Assembly (NCBI GenBank): GCA_965223865.1
Contig: OZ245020.1
Coordinates: forward strand, 1,504,001-1,568,000
Length of the DNA: 64,000 nucleotides
DNA from: Nitrosarchaeum sp.
GTDB taxonomy: Archaea > Thermoproteota > Nitrososphaeria > Nitrososphaerales > Nitrosopumilaceae
Direction of reading: 5' to 3'
Part shown: positions 10,117 through 20,128 of the stretch, one piece after another
Layout: every line of letters starts with the position of its first letter
Numbering within the stretch: position 1 is the stretch's first letter
Translations under genes and position numbers: made by a program
The notes under the pieces: model-generated
Seen by the model: the letters and a program-made list of their open reading frames with translations, nothing else
Databases searched by the model: none
What the model was told of the DNA's origin: nothing

Positions 10117-11403
10117 CTAATTAATTTTAAGATTTTTTTCCACAATATATCGTGTGTTTGAGAATTTTTGCAATTTAGATTCAATGTCCATTAACAATTC
10201 AGGAATTTTAGAACGGACCTGAATCATATCGTTTTCAAAGGTAATTATTTTTTGATTCTGATCCTCTTTTTGCTGGATTGCTTTTTCTAGAGTTTGTTCA
10301 ATTTCTAATAATTTGTGTCTATCAAATGAATTAATTTGGTTTTCAATGTTTTGAATTTTTCCTTTAAAATTATCTACTTGTTTTATGAATGAATCAAGCA
10401 TCTCAATTGTTTCTGTAATTTGAGACATTGATTTATCTACATCTTTAACAGAAATAGAACCTGAAAGAATTTCTTTTCGCACATTTTCTAGGATAATTAT
10501 TATCAAGTCTTTGTTTTTTGTTGCAAGTACGTCGATTGGATCTGCAACTAGCTTCATCAACAAATTTTTTTGTTCTTTATCTGAGGAGATATACTCGTAT
10601 CTTCCCATTGGTCGAGAAATTTTTGTAAATTGTGAATCAATTTGATTTTTAATTTGGGGTTTTTCAGAATTTATTTTTTCCAATGATTGTTTTAATTTAA
10701 GAAACTCACTGTATTCTTTTGAAGATTTTATTTTTTCAATAGATTCCTTAATAGAAATAATTTTGTTTTCTTGTGATTTCATTTCTATTTTTAATTCTGA
10801 GATTCTTTGTTCTTTGTGTTTTATTTCATTTTCAGAATTTGTAATTGATTTTATCAAATCATTAATTTCCTCAGAAGTGATTTTTGTATCTTCATAATTT
10901 TTTATTAATTGTTGAATTTCAGAATGGTAAGAATTCATTTGAGCAAGAATATCTTTGAGTTTACTGGCATATTTTTTTGCAAAAATATGAATTACTCGTG
11001 TTTGTCTTCCTAAAACATCACCAATTTTTTTTAGTGTTTGATTTAAAGTATAATTTAGATTTATTACATCTTCAAAGGTAGATACTTTTGGTAAGTTAGA
11101 TACGTCTTTTTTTATGACATTAATTACTTGTTTTTTCCCTCTTATGACAATAATTCCGAGATGCCTGTCAATATCATCAACATCAAGGTTATCTTTTTCT
11201 AAATTTTGTCCAATTTTAATTAAATCATTAATTAATGGATCTGTTTTATCTCGCAAGTATTTGATTTCAGCTAATGTTTGAGTAGTTCGCAGGTGAAGAA
11301 TTTCATCAACAACTTTAGGAACTTCGTGAAGAGAGATGTTTTTCTGTAGAGGAATTTCTTCAGGCCTCTTTTCTTCTTTCTTCTTTCCCCATCCAAAGAC
11401 CAT
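10117..11403 (-). CDS. long coiled-coil protein
   Basis: 428 aa, heptad-rich, no NTPase motif. Confidence 0.75.
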   Translation of the reverse strand: MVFGWGKKKEEKRPEEIPLQKNISLHEVPKVVDEILHLRTTQTLAEIKYLRDKTDPLINDLIKIGQNLEKDNLDVDDIDRHLGIIVIRGKKQVINVIKKDVSNLPKVSTFEDVINLNYTLNQTLKKIGDVLGRQTRVIHIFAKKYASKLKDILAQMNSYHSEIQQLIKNYEDTKITSEEINDLIKSITNSENEIKHKEQRISELKIEMKSQENKIISIKESIEKIKSSKEYSEFLKLKQSLEKINSEKPQIKNQIDSQFTKISRPMGRYEYISSDKEQKNLLMKLVADPIDVLATKNKDLIIIILENVRKEILSGSISVKDVDKSMSQITETIEMLDSFIKQVDNFKGKIQNIENQINSFDRHKLLEIEQTLEKAIQQKEDQNQKIITFENDMIQVRSKIPELLMDIESKLQKFSNTRYIVEKNLKIN

Positions 11404-11480
11404 TTGTTATAGTTTAACATTGGGGATTAAATGTGTTAGATGAATAAAATTTAAAATCAGTATATTTTATCAAAATAATC

Positions 11481-11942
11481 GTGGTAAAAAGTATCAAAAA
11501 ATCGTTTCATACAGGGACGGTGAAAAAAACTATTACAATTAATGCTCCAAAAGAAAAAGTTTGGAAAAAAATTAGTAATATTGTAGGACTGTCTTCATGG
11601 GTAATAGATGTCAAAAAAACAATTTATCTCTCAAAAAAGAAAAAAGATGTCGGATCTATAAGAAAAATTTTATTTAATGATGGAAATACCATTGAAGAGC
11701 ACATAGTTGCCTGGAAAACAGGAGAATATTTCACATATATTGCAACTGAAGGATTACCTCTAAGAGCATATGTTGCAACAATTTCAATTAAATCAAAAAA
11801 TAAAAAATCAGTTGATTTAACATGGCAATCCTACATTAACAGTAAAAAAATGTCAGAAAAACAATTTATCGAATTTTTGGCGTTTATGGGCTCGTTTTAT
11901 GAGGCTTCATTAGAAAATCTAAAGGCATTACTTGAAAAATAG
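11481..11942 (+). CDS. SRPBCC (START-like) protein
   Basis: ITINAPKEKVWKKI...W motif; C-terminal LENLKALLE helix. Confidence 0.85.
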   Translation: MVKSIKKSFHTGTVKKTITINAPKEKVWKKISNIVGLSSWVIDVKKTIYLSKKKKDVGSIRKILFNDGNTIEEHIVAWKTGEYFTYIATEGLPLRAYVATISIKSKNKKSVDLTWQSYINSKKMSEKQFIEFLAFMGSFYEASLENLKALLEK

Positions 11943-11995
11943 CACTAGAGATCTTGTTCCTCAAAATGTAAATACAATATTGTTAAATCAAGAAT

Positions 11996-12328
11996 ATGAG
12001 TGATACAAGATTCACCATTATTGGAGTAGCATTAATTTTTGCAGGATTTCTAATTTTTGGGATATTTGGCAGTAATTATCAAACATCCAATATAGAAATG
12101 GCTGAATTTGAAAACTGTTATGAATATTCTGAAGATAAAGAACCAGTTCCCATTAATTGTTCCTACAAAGCATTTGATCAAACAGTTTTCTTTGCAATAG
12201 TAAGTGCACTAATTGGATCTGGAGTAATTGCGCTAATTAAAGGAATAAAAGGAAAATGGGACAACGAAGTAAAACCTGAGGATATGGTAGGACCAGGTGG
12301 AGATAAAAATACAAAAAAAGAAGACTAG
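11996..12328 (+). CDS. two-TM membrane protein
   Basis: Two TMs with a Cys-Cys loop; KWD...PEDMVGPG tail. Confidence 0.75.
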   Translation: MSDTRFTIIGVALIFAGFLIFGIFGSNYQTSNIEMAEFENCYEYSEDKEPVPINCSYKAFDQTVFFAIVSALIGSGVIALIKGIKGKWDNEVKPEDMVGPGGDKNTKKED

Positions 12329-12616
12329 GTTTTTTATAATATGGATATCAGATCTTTTTTTCTAATTTTAATTCTTCATAGTCTTCAGGATTGTCTTGTT
12401 TCATTCTTTGAAAACAGATTTCTTCGTAGGGCATTTTGATCTTTTTCTATTTACAAAATTTGTATTTAACCTTAAGATGGATAGTGTTCAGCATATAGCA
12501 AGAATTCATAAAATATTCATTTGAAAATTTACTGATCTTTTCCATCTTTTTTGACGGATTCAGGAACAAGAGCCACAATCATATCAAAAAGATATTCTGG
12601 AAAAATGATAAAAATT

Positions 12617-12997
12617 CTACTTGGGTTTTTCAATTAATTCTTTGAGATTTTGAAATACTTGGCCAATCTCAGTCATTCTTTCATTAAATTGTTCATCAGT
12701 AATTTCTTCAGGTTTTATTAGAGTAATTATAATCTCAGATTCATCGCCACTTGAAACAACACGCATTGGGACGTTCCATTTTGATTCTTCATCAACATAC
12801 AAGTGATCTAAAATTCCCAAAGGTTTGTTTTCGTTAAATTTCAGCTTTGCATGCCCTCGAGGAGTTGTAAATGACCACCACCCATCTTTAGATTTTGTTG
12901 CATTAGGCATTATTTTCGGAGGAGAATTTAAAATGGCATCAAAGGCATCGCCTGTTTTCCTTTTGACAGTAAAAGTAAGAGTTCTAGAACGAGTCAC
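12617..12997 (-). CDS. SRPBCC-like protein
   Basis: GILDH...VPMRVV...LKELIE pattern. Confidence 0.78.
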   Translation of the reverse strand: MTRSRTLTFTVKRKTGDAFDAILNSPPKIMPNATKSKDGWWSFTTPRGHAKLKFNENKPLGILDHLYVDEESKWNVPMRVVSSGDESEIIITLIKPEEITDEQFNERMTEIGQVFQNLKELIEKPK

Positions 12998-13057
12998 AAG
13001 TAAAAATTCAATTGATAGTTAAAAAGGATATAGTACAAATAGATAGCAGATTTAGAA

Positions 13058-13234
13058 TTACTTGTTTAGAAATTCTTTAATTTTTTTTAGATTCGCTACG
13101 TTTGATTCATGAAACATTTCTATAGATTCAGATACAGACTCAGGCAAGACAGTTTTGATATTTTTAACCAGATCATCACCACCTGCAATCATATCGTCAA
13201 TTAATTTTTCAATTTCATTTTTTTCATGTGGCAT
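13058..13234 (-). CDS. small helical protein (58 aa)
   Basis: Manual translation MPHEKNEIEKLIDDMIAGGDDLVKNIK...KEFLNK*, directly downstream of the Lrp gene. Confidence 0.6.
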   Translation of the reverse strand: MPHEKNEIEKLIDDMIAGGDDLVKNIKTVLPESVSESIEMFHESNVANLKKIKEFLNK

Positions 13235-13251
13235 TTTATCTCAAATAAGAT

Positions 13252-13485
13252 CTAGTTTTCTTTTCGTATAAGAGTAGCAGTAGATCTAATTTTGTCAAGT
13301 TTTTGAATGTTCCATGAAACAATTTCACGAATTTTTTCAAAATTTTCGGCTTCTAGTTTTACCATCATATCATGGGTGCCTATGGTTTCAAAGACATCCT
13401 TTACTTGTTCTAGTTCACGTAACTTTTCAATAAGATCTACTTCTGCTCCTAAGTCACAGTTTATCAGGACATATGCAATTGTCAT
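13252..13485 (-). CDS. stand-alone Lrp/AsnC ligand-binding (RAM) domain
   Basis: AYVLINC...TIGTHD...IRSTATL. Confidence 0.88.
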   Translation of the reverse strand: MTIAYVLINCDLGAEVDLIEKLRELEQVKDVFETIGTHDMMVKLEAENFEKIREIVSWNIQKLDKIRSTATLIRKEN

Positions 13486-13770
13486 ATCAATATTACCTAG
13501 AATTGATTATTTTTAAGTGTGGTTACCTGAGTACTAGGATTTTGAAAAGATACTTATTTTATCCATTTTTGATGTTTCAATTTTGGACTAGTAGAAGTAC
13601 CATAGATCATATTGTATCCCCATACTTAGTGATAATTCAAATAGATTAAACCCCATACACAGCTTTGATTCCTTTTTTGAAATACATTATAAAAAAGATT
13701 AACCATATCAAATCATTCATAATCTAAATTTTTTAATCATTATTTTATATCAAAAAATATCATCAACAAT

Positions 13771-13992
13771 ATGATAATAGGTAAAATCAAAAAGGATGAA
13801 AAAAGAGTAAAATTCAATTTAGATATTAAGTGTTCAAACTGTAAAACTCAGGTTCCAGGAGGAATTCAAACATCTCAAAAATATTATGGTACTGATTCTT
13901 TTTACAAAGAAATCGAACATTTTAAGAAAAACTATCTTTGTGGTAGATGTCGTGACAAAAAAAGAGTCAATTCTAAAAAAGAAAAGATTTGA
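13771..13992 (+). CDS. small zinc-finger protein
   Basis: CSNC...LCGRCRD. Confidence 0.7.
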   Translation: MIIGKIKKDEKRVKFNLDIKCSNCKTQVPGGIQTSQKYYGTDSFYKEIEHFKKNYLCGRCRDKKRVNSKKEKI

Positions 13993-14007
13993 TTTACAAA
14001 CAAGAGA

Positions 14008-14856
14008 TTATTTCAAAAATGCCAAGCACTTTACGATGTCTGTTTTACTGATTATTCCAATTATGTTGCCATGACTTGACAATACCCCAGCTCCATTGAT
14101 ATTTTGATCCAATAGTTTTTTTCCTGTATTTGCCAAATCATCATCATAATTTACTGAGATTATGTTTTCACTCATGATTTCATGGGCCTTGGTGCTGCCA
14201 CCAAATCCAGATTCTGAAATGAATCCTTTTCTTGGGAATATTACTGAAATAACAGGATCAGTGTTGTCAAGTACATCTTCCTGCTCTCCTAGTTTGAGTG
14301 CCAGATTGAATAAATCTCTAAAGGTTATAATTCCTACTGGAATTTCATTGTGGTTTCTAAGTATAACCCTAGAAATTTTCTCATCAATCATTTTCAATAT
14401 TACTTTGTATAGAGGGGTGTCAAAATATTGCCAGGCATAATATGGAGACATATATTCGCCCACTATTCTTTCATCTGAATGTGCCTTAGAAAAATATCTG
14501 ACAAGATCAGTTTTTGTTAAAATTCCCACCACATCATCATTTGATGTTATCACCAAGGAACCAATTCCATTTTTTAACATCATTTCTGCACATTTATCAA
14601 GTTCTGTTTTTTCATCTACTGAGATTATTTTTTTGACAATTTCAGATAAGTGAATCTCATCTAGTTTTCTTTCGGTTTTGTCAGTTAGAAGAAAATATCC
14701 CAAGTCTTTTTCAGATATAAGACCGGTCATTTTGTCATTTTCAGAAACTAAAAGACGGCTTTTTTTCTCATTAATTATTTTTTTTAAGACATCTGCCAAA
14801 TTAGAATCATATTTTATTGTTCTAGGGGCATTCATGTAATCTTTAGCGTATTTCAC
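14008..14856 (-). CDS. four-CBS-domain protein
   Basis: Repeated GI(L/I)(T/S)xxD motifs. Confidence 0.9.
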   Translation of the reverse strand: MKYAKDYMNAPRTIKYDSNLADVLKKIINEKKSRLLVSENDKMTGLISEKDLGYFLLTDKTERKLDEIHLSEIVKKIISVDEKTELDKCAEMMLKNGIGSLVITSNDDVVGILTKTDLVRYFSKAHSDERIVGEYMSPYYAWQYFDTPLYKVILKMIDEKISRVILRNHNEIPVGIITFRDLFNLALKLGEQEDVLDNTDPVISVIFPRKGFISESGFGGSTKAHEIMSENIISVNYDDDLANTGKKLLDQNINGAGVLSSHGNIIGIISKTDIVKCLAFLK

Positions 14857-14954
14857 GATTTTACAAATTTAGCGAGTTATAAAAAACACCAGATAATTAC
14901 CAAGTATGAAAATCAATTTGAAAATAACAGGTTTAAAAAATTTTGTAATTAATA

Positions 14955-15135
14955 GTAGGCATTGGTTGTAGCAATACAAATCCAATGCCAACCATCGTGC
15001 TTGATGAGGAGTGCTTTCAAAATTTGTATTTAACGGCGATGAACGATTTATCAGTAGTGGTTCTAAGACATGCTTTTTAAATTGGCAATAAAGTTAGTTT
15101 CTGAATTTAATTAGCATTTTGTTATCTATGCCTAC
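14955..15135 (+). ncRNA. candidate structured RNA (or MITE)
   Basis: GGCATTGG/CCAATGCC stem with inner TTGTA-GCAA-TACAA; second stem at 15070-15117; complementary ends GTAGGCAT/ATGCCTAC; TTTAAA box at 14932. Confidence 0.45.
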
Positions 15136-15361
15136 AGAAAAAAATTGACAATTTTAGTTTGTTTTAATTAATAGTCAGGATGTTCCATAATTGCCAAATA
15201 TAGAGTGAAATTCATCAGTATCAAACAGAAATAAAATTCAAAACTTGTCAATAACAAATGAGAAGAAATGGATGTCACAATGCATAGATACTAAACGAAG
15301 ATCTTCAGAATATCAGGCATGATAATGAAAATTTAATTGATATATTACAAAGTAATAGGCA

Positions 15362-16768
15362 ATAAGAGGCAAAGTCAAAACGTCAGCAAAAACTACTATC
15401 AATCAGATAAAGAAATCAGGAGTAAAATGGATACGATTACAGTTTTGTAATCCATTTGGCTTACTTCATCAATTAAGCATCCCCGCTGAAGAATTTACAG
15501 AAGATGCATTTGTTAATGGATTTCCATTAGACGGAAGTTCAATTCTTGGCTTTACCAGTATTGATAAATCAGATATAATACTGGTTCCCGACCCTCTAAC
15601 TTTTGTTATCGTACCAGAATATTTTGATACTTTTTCAGGAGACCATAATTATTACCAAACAAAATCCGCACGAATGTTTGCAAATATACATAAAGGATTT
15701 GGGGAGGGGCAATATTCAAGAGATTCAAGACACATTGCAAATAAAGCAGAAAATTTTGCAAAGAAATGTGGATATGATAAAACTTATTGGGCATCAGAAT
15801 TGGAATTTTTCGTTTTTGATAAAATTCTAGCAACCTCAAAAATCAGTAAATCAAACAAATCAAAAATTGTTTCCGGAGAAGCACCATGGATATCTCAAAA
15901 TGAAGAATCAGCGATACAAATCAAGAAAGGATACTATCGAGATTCTCCTTCTGATACTTTAACAAATTTCCGAGATGAGGTTTGTGAAGTGCTTAGTAGT
16001 TTTGGAATAAGAACCATTGCCCATCATCACGAAGTAGCAACTGCAGGACAAAGTGAGATAGTTCTGGCACATACAAGTCTGACTAAAATGGCTGACAGTT
16101 TTGTAACTGGAGTTAAAACGATTCGTGAAGTTGCATCAAAACATGAAATGATTGCAAGTTTTAATCCAAAACCCATTCCTAACGATAATGGTTCAGCAGT
16201 TCATATCAACCAGAGCTTGTGGAAAACAAAGAACAAAAAAGACTCAAACATGTTTTATGACCCTTCTGAAAAATATGCGGAGTTAAGCCAAACAGCTCTT
16301 TACTACATTGGAGGATTATTAGAGCATGCAAAAGCTCTTTGTGCCATTACAAATCCTTCCCCTCAATCTTATAATCGACTTGTTCCAGGCTATGAGGCTC
16401 CAACAAACATTGCCTGGGGTAAAATGAATCGTTCAGTCAGTATAAGAATTCCAGCCCATCACAAAAAACGACCTGAAAACAAGAGAATAGAATACAGACC
16501 TCCTGACCCTACATCAAATATCTATCTTGCAGAGACTGCAATTTTACTTGCAGGGTTAGATGGTATAAAAAAGAAAATTCAACCTCCAGAGCCGGTGGAT
16601 GTGAATACCTACAAATTATCAGATAGAGAGATGAAAAGACTTTCAATCAAGAAGTTACCAACCTCATTAAAAGAGTCAGTAAGTGCAATTCAATCAGATA
16701 ATGAATTTTTGAAACCGGTTTTAGAGAAGGATTTTCTAGAAATGTATATTGATCATTTGATTTCATGA
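15362..16768 (+). CDS. glnA: glutamine synthetase type I, probable ATA start
   Basis: ELEFF, HHEVA, PKP, NGSAVH, RLVPGYEAP, NRS, RIEYR. The N-terminal domain (KWIRLQF...DGSSILGF...SDIILVPD) is open in frame upstream of the track's ATG at 15674. Confidence 0.88.
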   Translation: MRGKVKTSAKTTINQIKKSGVKWIRLQFCNPFGLLHQLSIPAEEFTEDAFVNGFPLDGSSILGFTSIDKSDIILVPDPLTFVIVPEYFDTFSGDHNYYQTKSARMFANIHKGFGEGQYSRDSRHIANKAENFAKKCGYDKTYWASELEFFVFDKILATSKISKSNKSKIVSGEAPWISQNEESAIQIKKGYYRDSPSDTLTNFRDEVCEVLSSFGIRTIAHHHEVATAGQSEIVLAHTSLTKMADSFVTGVKTIREVASKHEMIASFNPKPIPNDNGSAVHINQSLWKTKNKKDSNMFYDPSEKYAELSQTALYYIGGLLEHAKALCAITNPSPQSYNRLVPGYEAPTNIAWGKMNRSVSIRIPAHHKKRPENKRIEYRPPDPTSNIYLAETAILLAGLDGIKKKIQPPEPVDVNTYKLSDREMKRLSIKKLPTSLKESVSAIQSDNEFLKPVLEKDFLEMYIDHLIS

Positions 16769-16818
16769 GATGATATTTCAGAAATAATAAGGAGTGATTG
16801 AAAAACTATTTTTGCAAT

Positions 16819-16956
16819 TTAAGAACCAGACTCCAGGTGGTCACATTTTGGACAATAATATTCCTTAGGCATATTTTCCTGTTTTTGACCTCTCCGGTTT
16901 TTTTCTATAATAGATTTGAGTTCCATCGGATGATCACATTTTTTACAAATTTTCAT
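16819..16956 (-). CDS. zinc-ribbon microprotein (45 aa)
   Basis: Manual translation MKICKKCDHPMELK...YYCPKCDHLESGS*. Confidence 0.65.
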   Translation of the reverse strand: MKICKKCDHPMELKSIIEKNRRGQKQENMPKEYYCPKCDHLESGS

Positions 16957-17125
16957 TTTTTATCTACAATTAATCCTTGTTAGCAGTTTTAATGGATTTT
17001 GTTTTCCATAAGTGATCATTATACGTAGATACCACCATATCCATAATTTTATCTTGGGTTAATTTTGACTTAAATTAATTGAATGATTACTGGAAAGAGT
17101 AGATCTTCAAAATCCGCAATATTTG

Positions 17126-17977
17126 TTAAAACGATTTTTTAATTTCACCGAGTATTTTGACCTGCTCAAAGTACTCTTTTTTAGTATCTGCTCGTATGTC
17201 ACAGATTAAATGATTCAAACCAATTTTTTGATAATCCTGCATTTGTGATATTATCTCATCTAAATTTCCAATCAACCTTAGCCGTAAACTTCCATCGGTT
17301 CCTGTATAATGAGATTCAATTTTTTTATTTGCTGCAAAATTAATTCTCAAAGACCAGATATAATTGCGCTTTTTCATTTTGATTATCTTTTGTATCCCAG
17401 AGGCATATTGTTGGGAAGAGATTCCAACTGGATGCCATCCATCACCAATTGATGCGGTTCTTTTTAGTGCACCATCTGATTGTCCTCCAATCAATACAGG
17501 TGGACCATTATTGGAAATAGGCATAGGATTACAGGAGAATCCTTTCTTTGAGTATTTACCTGACCACATATTTCTCATTATTTCGATGTTTTTTTCAATA
17601 GTTTTTGTTCTATTTTTAAAATTATGACCCATTAATTCAAATTCTTTTTTGTTCCATCCAATGCCTACACCAATCATCATTCTACCGTTAGATAATGAAT
17701 CAAGAGTTGCAATCTGTTTTGCCAAAACAAAAGGCTCTCTAAGAGGAGACAGAATTATTGACGTGCCTAGTTGAACATTTTCAGTAATTGATGCTATAAA
17801 TCCCAAAGTCGTCATAGTCTCAAAAACTCTTGTCCATGGATCATTTTTTTGGTACTATGATATGATCAGAAAGCCAAATAGAATCCAATTCATTTTTTTC
17901 AATCTCTTTTGCAGAATCTTGAAGAAAATTCCTAGAAGGAAGAACCCATAATTTGAAAGAGATACTCCTATCTTCAT
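17126..17977 (-). pseudogene. LLM-class (probably F420-dependent) oxidoreductase with disrupted 5' end
   Basis: LAKQIATLDSLSNGR and GDGWHP motifs; MKIGVSLSNYG start at 17977 and the IWLSDH segment lie in different frames. Confidence 0.75.
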
Positions 17978-18229
17978 AATTAACTGACAATTAATCAGAC
18001 TTAATATTTTATCAGTTCAAAATGTCAAGAAAATTCAAACATCTCAAGCATCACAGAAAACATAGTTAGTATCCTAGACAAATTCCCAACAAGAAGATTC
18101 CTAGCCAAAATTAAAAATTGTCTTTGGTCGGATCGGTTTTTTTAAAACTTTGTGCAAGAATTGGTCAAACCTTGATGAGAAATTAAAATTAAAACCAGTG
18201 AACAAAATTAATTTTTAAACAAAAAATAT

Positions 18230-18511
18230 TCAAAGTTCTAATCCGAATGATTGAGCAATACTTGAGAATTTCGAGTAGGATTCTAAATATTGTCTGCCTT
18301 TCTCGGTTATAACAAATGTGTTTTTCCCATCAAATTCAATTCTGTTTATAAGTCCAGATCCAGTCAAATTTTCCAAGAATTTAGATAATCGTGAATGAGG
18401 TAAATTTGCCTTTGAAATCAGAGCAGTTGTTTTGATTCCTTCTTGGCCAGATTCTGCAGTAGCAGCTAAAAGATCCCCAACTATCTGCATACTAGTTCTA
18501 TAAGAAACCAC
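18230..18511 (-). CDS. winged-helix DNA-binding protein
   Basis: YRTSMQI...KANLPHSRL...ITEKGRQYL; GTG at 18511 lies about 22 nt after a TTATAAAA box. Confidence 0.85.
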   Translation of the reverse strand: MVSYRTSMQIVGDLLAATAESGQEGIKTTALISKANLPHSRLSKFLENLTGSGLINRIEFDGKNTFVITEKGRQYLESYSKFSSIAQSFGLEL

Positions 18512-18611
18512 AAAAATAATGATATTTTGTATTTTATAAGTATTGGTATTTGAAACCAATCATTACCAATCATTACCAATAGTATATATTGTGGTGTCAT
18601 AACGGAGGCAT

Positions 18612-19025
18612 ATGAGCACACAAACTCAATCAAACAATGTATATTCAATGTACAAGCAAAATGTGCAAAAATACTTTGAAAATATTTCAAAAATTACACC
18701 ACAATATTTTCAATCTATTACACAATTGCAAGACGAATGTATGAAAACTTGTGAAAAAACAATAAATGCATCAGTATCTGTGCAGCAAGAATTTGCAAAA
18801 AAGACAGGAATGACAACTGAAGTTCCAAGTAGCGCAAAAACTGCCATTACAGATATCAGCAAACAAATTGTTCAAGCAAACACCCTAAACAATCAACTGG
18901 TAAAAACCACCATTGATGCAACCGTAGAAAACATCAAAACCTACAACGAAAATGTAAATGCATTTGTTGAATTGAATAAAAATATAATCCAATCTTGGAT
19001 TACCCCATTCACACTAAAAAATTAG
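18612..19025 (+). CDS. all-helical protein, phasin-like (paralog of 33475 and 50403)
   Basis: Amphipathic Q/N/E/K-rich helices; PQYFQSITQLQ matches ASYLQSVSDLQ in the 50403 ORF. Confidence 0.65.
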   Translation: MSTQTQSNNVYSMYKQNVQKYFENISKITPQYFQSITQLQDECMKTCEKTINASVSVQQEFAKKTGMTTEVPSSAKTAITDISKQIVQANTLNNQLVKTTIDATVENIKTYNENVNAFVELNKNIIQSWITPFTLKN

Positions 19026-19186
19026 TGTGATTGATTTTTATTTTTTTAAAATTAAAATTCAGTTAAAATATCAAAAATTTTTTGAACGCTTACACTATCA
19101 TTTTTTAGTTTTGGTTTTCATCAGTTTAGTATAAAAAAATCACTTTATCTAACCTAATGAAAATTTAATTAACTATTTTAATTATA

Positions 19187-19432
19187 ATGTTTATGAAATG
19201 TTCCTTTTGCATAATTAATGAGGCAAAACATAATCCCAAACCCAGTTGGAAAATAAGTGGAAATCTTTGTTCAGAATGTTATGATTACAAATATGCTCAT
19301 GACCCCAATTCATTCATTAACAAGCCATTCTTCAAAAAAATTTTAAAATTATCCAAGCAAAAATGGGTTATTGGTATAATTGCTTTCTTGCTACTTTTCA
19401 GTGTTCTAATGAGAATCATTGTTCAAAATTAA
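19187..19432 (+). CDS. small zinc-finger membrane protein
   Basis: CSFC...LCSEC plus a C-terminal TM helix. Confidence 0.55.
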   Translation: MFMKCSFCIINEAKHNPKPSWKISGNLCSECYDYKYAHDPNSFINKPFFKKILKLSKQKWVIGIIAFLLLFSVLMRIIVQN

Positions 19433-19448
19433 TTGATAAATTTAATTT

Positions 19449-19853
19449 CTATTTTCTTTTTCTCTGTTTTTCTGAAACTACCACAGAGGTACCAGTTGCT
19501 TTAGCTACTAGAATTGGTGAATCCAATACATCACAAGCACTTTCAATTGAATTATCACCACTTGAAGAAATTACTTTGTATGCTTCAAAATTCATTTTTC
19601 TGCTAGTTTTTCCTACTTCAGTAATTTTTCCTATGATTTCTATGAAATCCCCACTATAGACTGGAGCTAAAAATTCGATTTCATCATAAGCTCGAAGAAG
19701 ACCTTCATCACCATCATACCTAATTGTTAATTCAGTAGCTAAATCTCCAAAGAGATTAAGAATTCGTGCACCATCAACGAAATTTCCAGCATAATGCGCA
19801 TCACGTGAACTCATTCTTATTCGTAATTTAGATTCTGGAAAAGAATCAGACAT
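19449..19853 (-). CDS. kal: hotdog-fold aminoacyl-CoA ammonia-lyase (3-aminobutyryl-CoA / beta-alanyl-CoA lyase family)
   Basis: [17 protein letters not shown]...FGD.ATEL...DGDEGL.RAY..IEFLAPV..GDFIE signature. Confidence 0.8.
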   Translation of the reverse strand: MSDSFPESKLRIRMSSRDAHYAGNFVDGARILNLFGDLATELTIRYDGDEGLLRAYDEIEFLAPVYSGDFIEIIGKITEVGKTSRKMNFEAYKVISSSGDNSIESACDVLDSPILVAKATGTSVVVSEKQRKRK

Positions 19854-19905
19854 GGTAATATTCTGATCAAGTATAATGAAAGTTTTTTCATGTCAATTCC
19901 ATAGT

Positions 19906-20088
19906 AAGGTGATGTATTCATAAAACTTCGAATTAATTCTCACAATGAACAAAAGCAATTGTCTTGTATAGTATCTGAACCCTATATCCCTGGGTTATTC
20001 ATGTTAAAAGAGGCAGCCAATCTACTTACAATCAAAAAACCACAAGAAGATTTTGATTTCTTTTATTTGATACAGATCTCACATTAAT
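19906..20088 (+). pseudogene. endonuclease V gene remnant
   Basis: Translates ...VSEPYIPGLFMLKEA...QEDFD (EndoV PYIPG motif) with stops and no intact ORF. Confidence 0.5.
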
Positions 20089-20128
20089 AGAATGAAAAAG
20101 GTATTAGGTAATTTAGACAATATGTATC

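Noticed and set aside
15000-15050. Hammerhead, C/D box or fluoride riboswitch within the structured element
   Set aside because: TTGATGAG...CAAAA and GGCGATGA only partly match; the catalytic CUGA/GAAA, a nearby D box and the pseudoknot partner are missing
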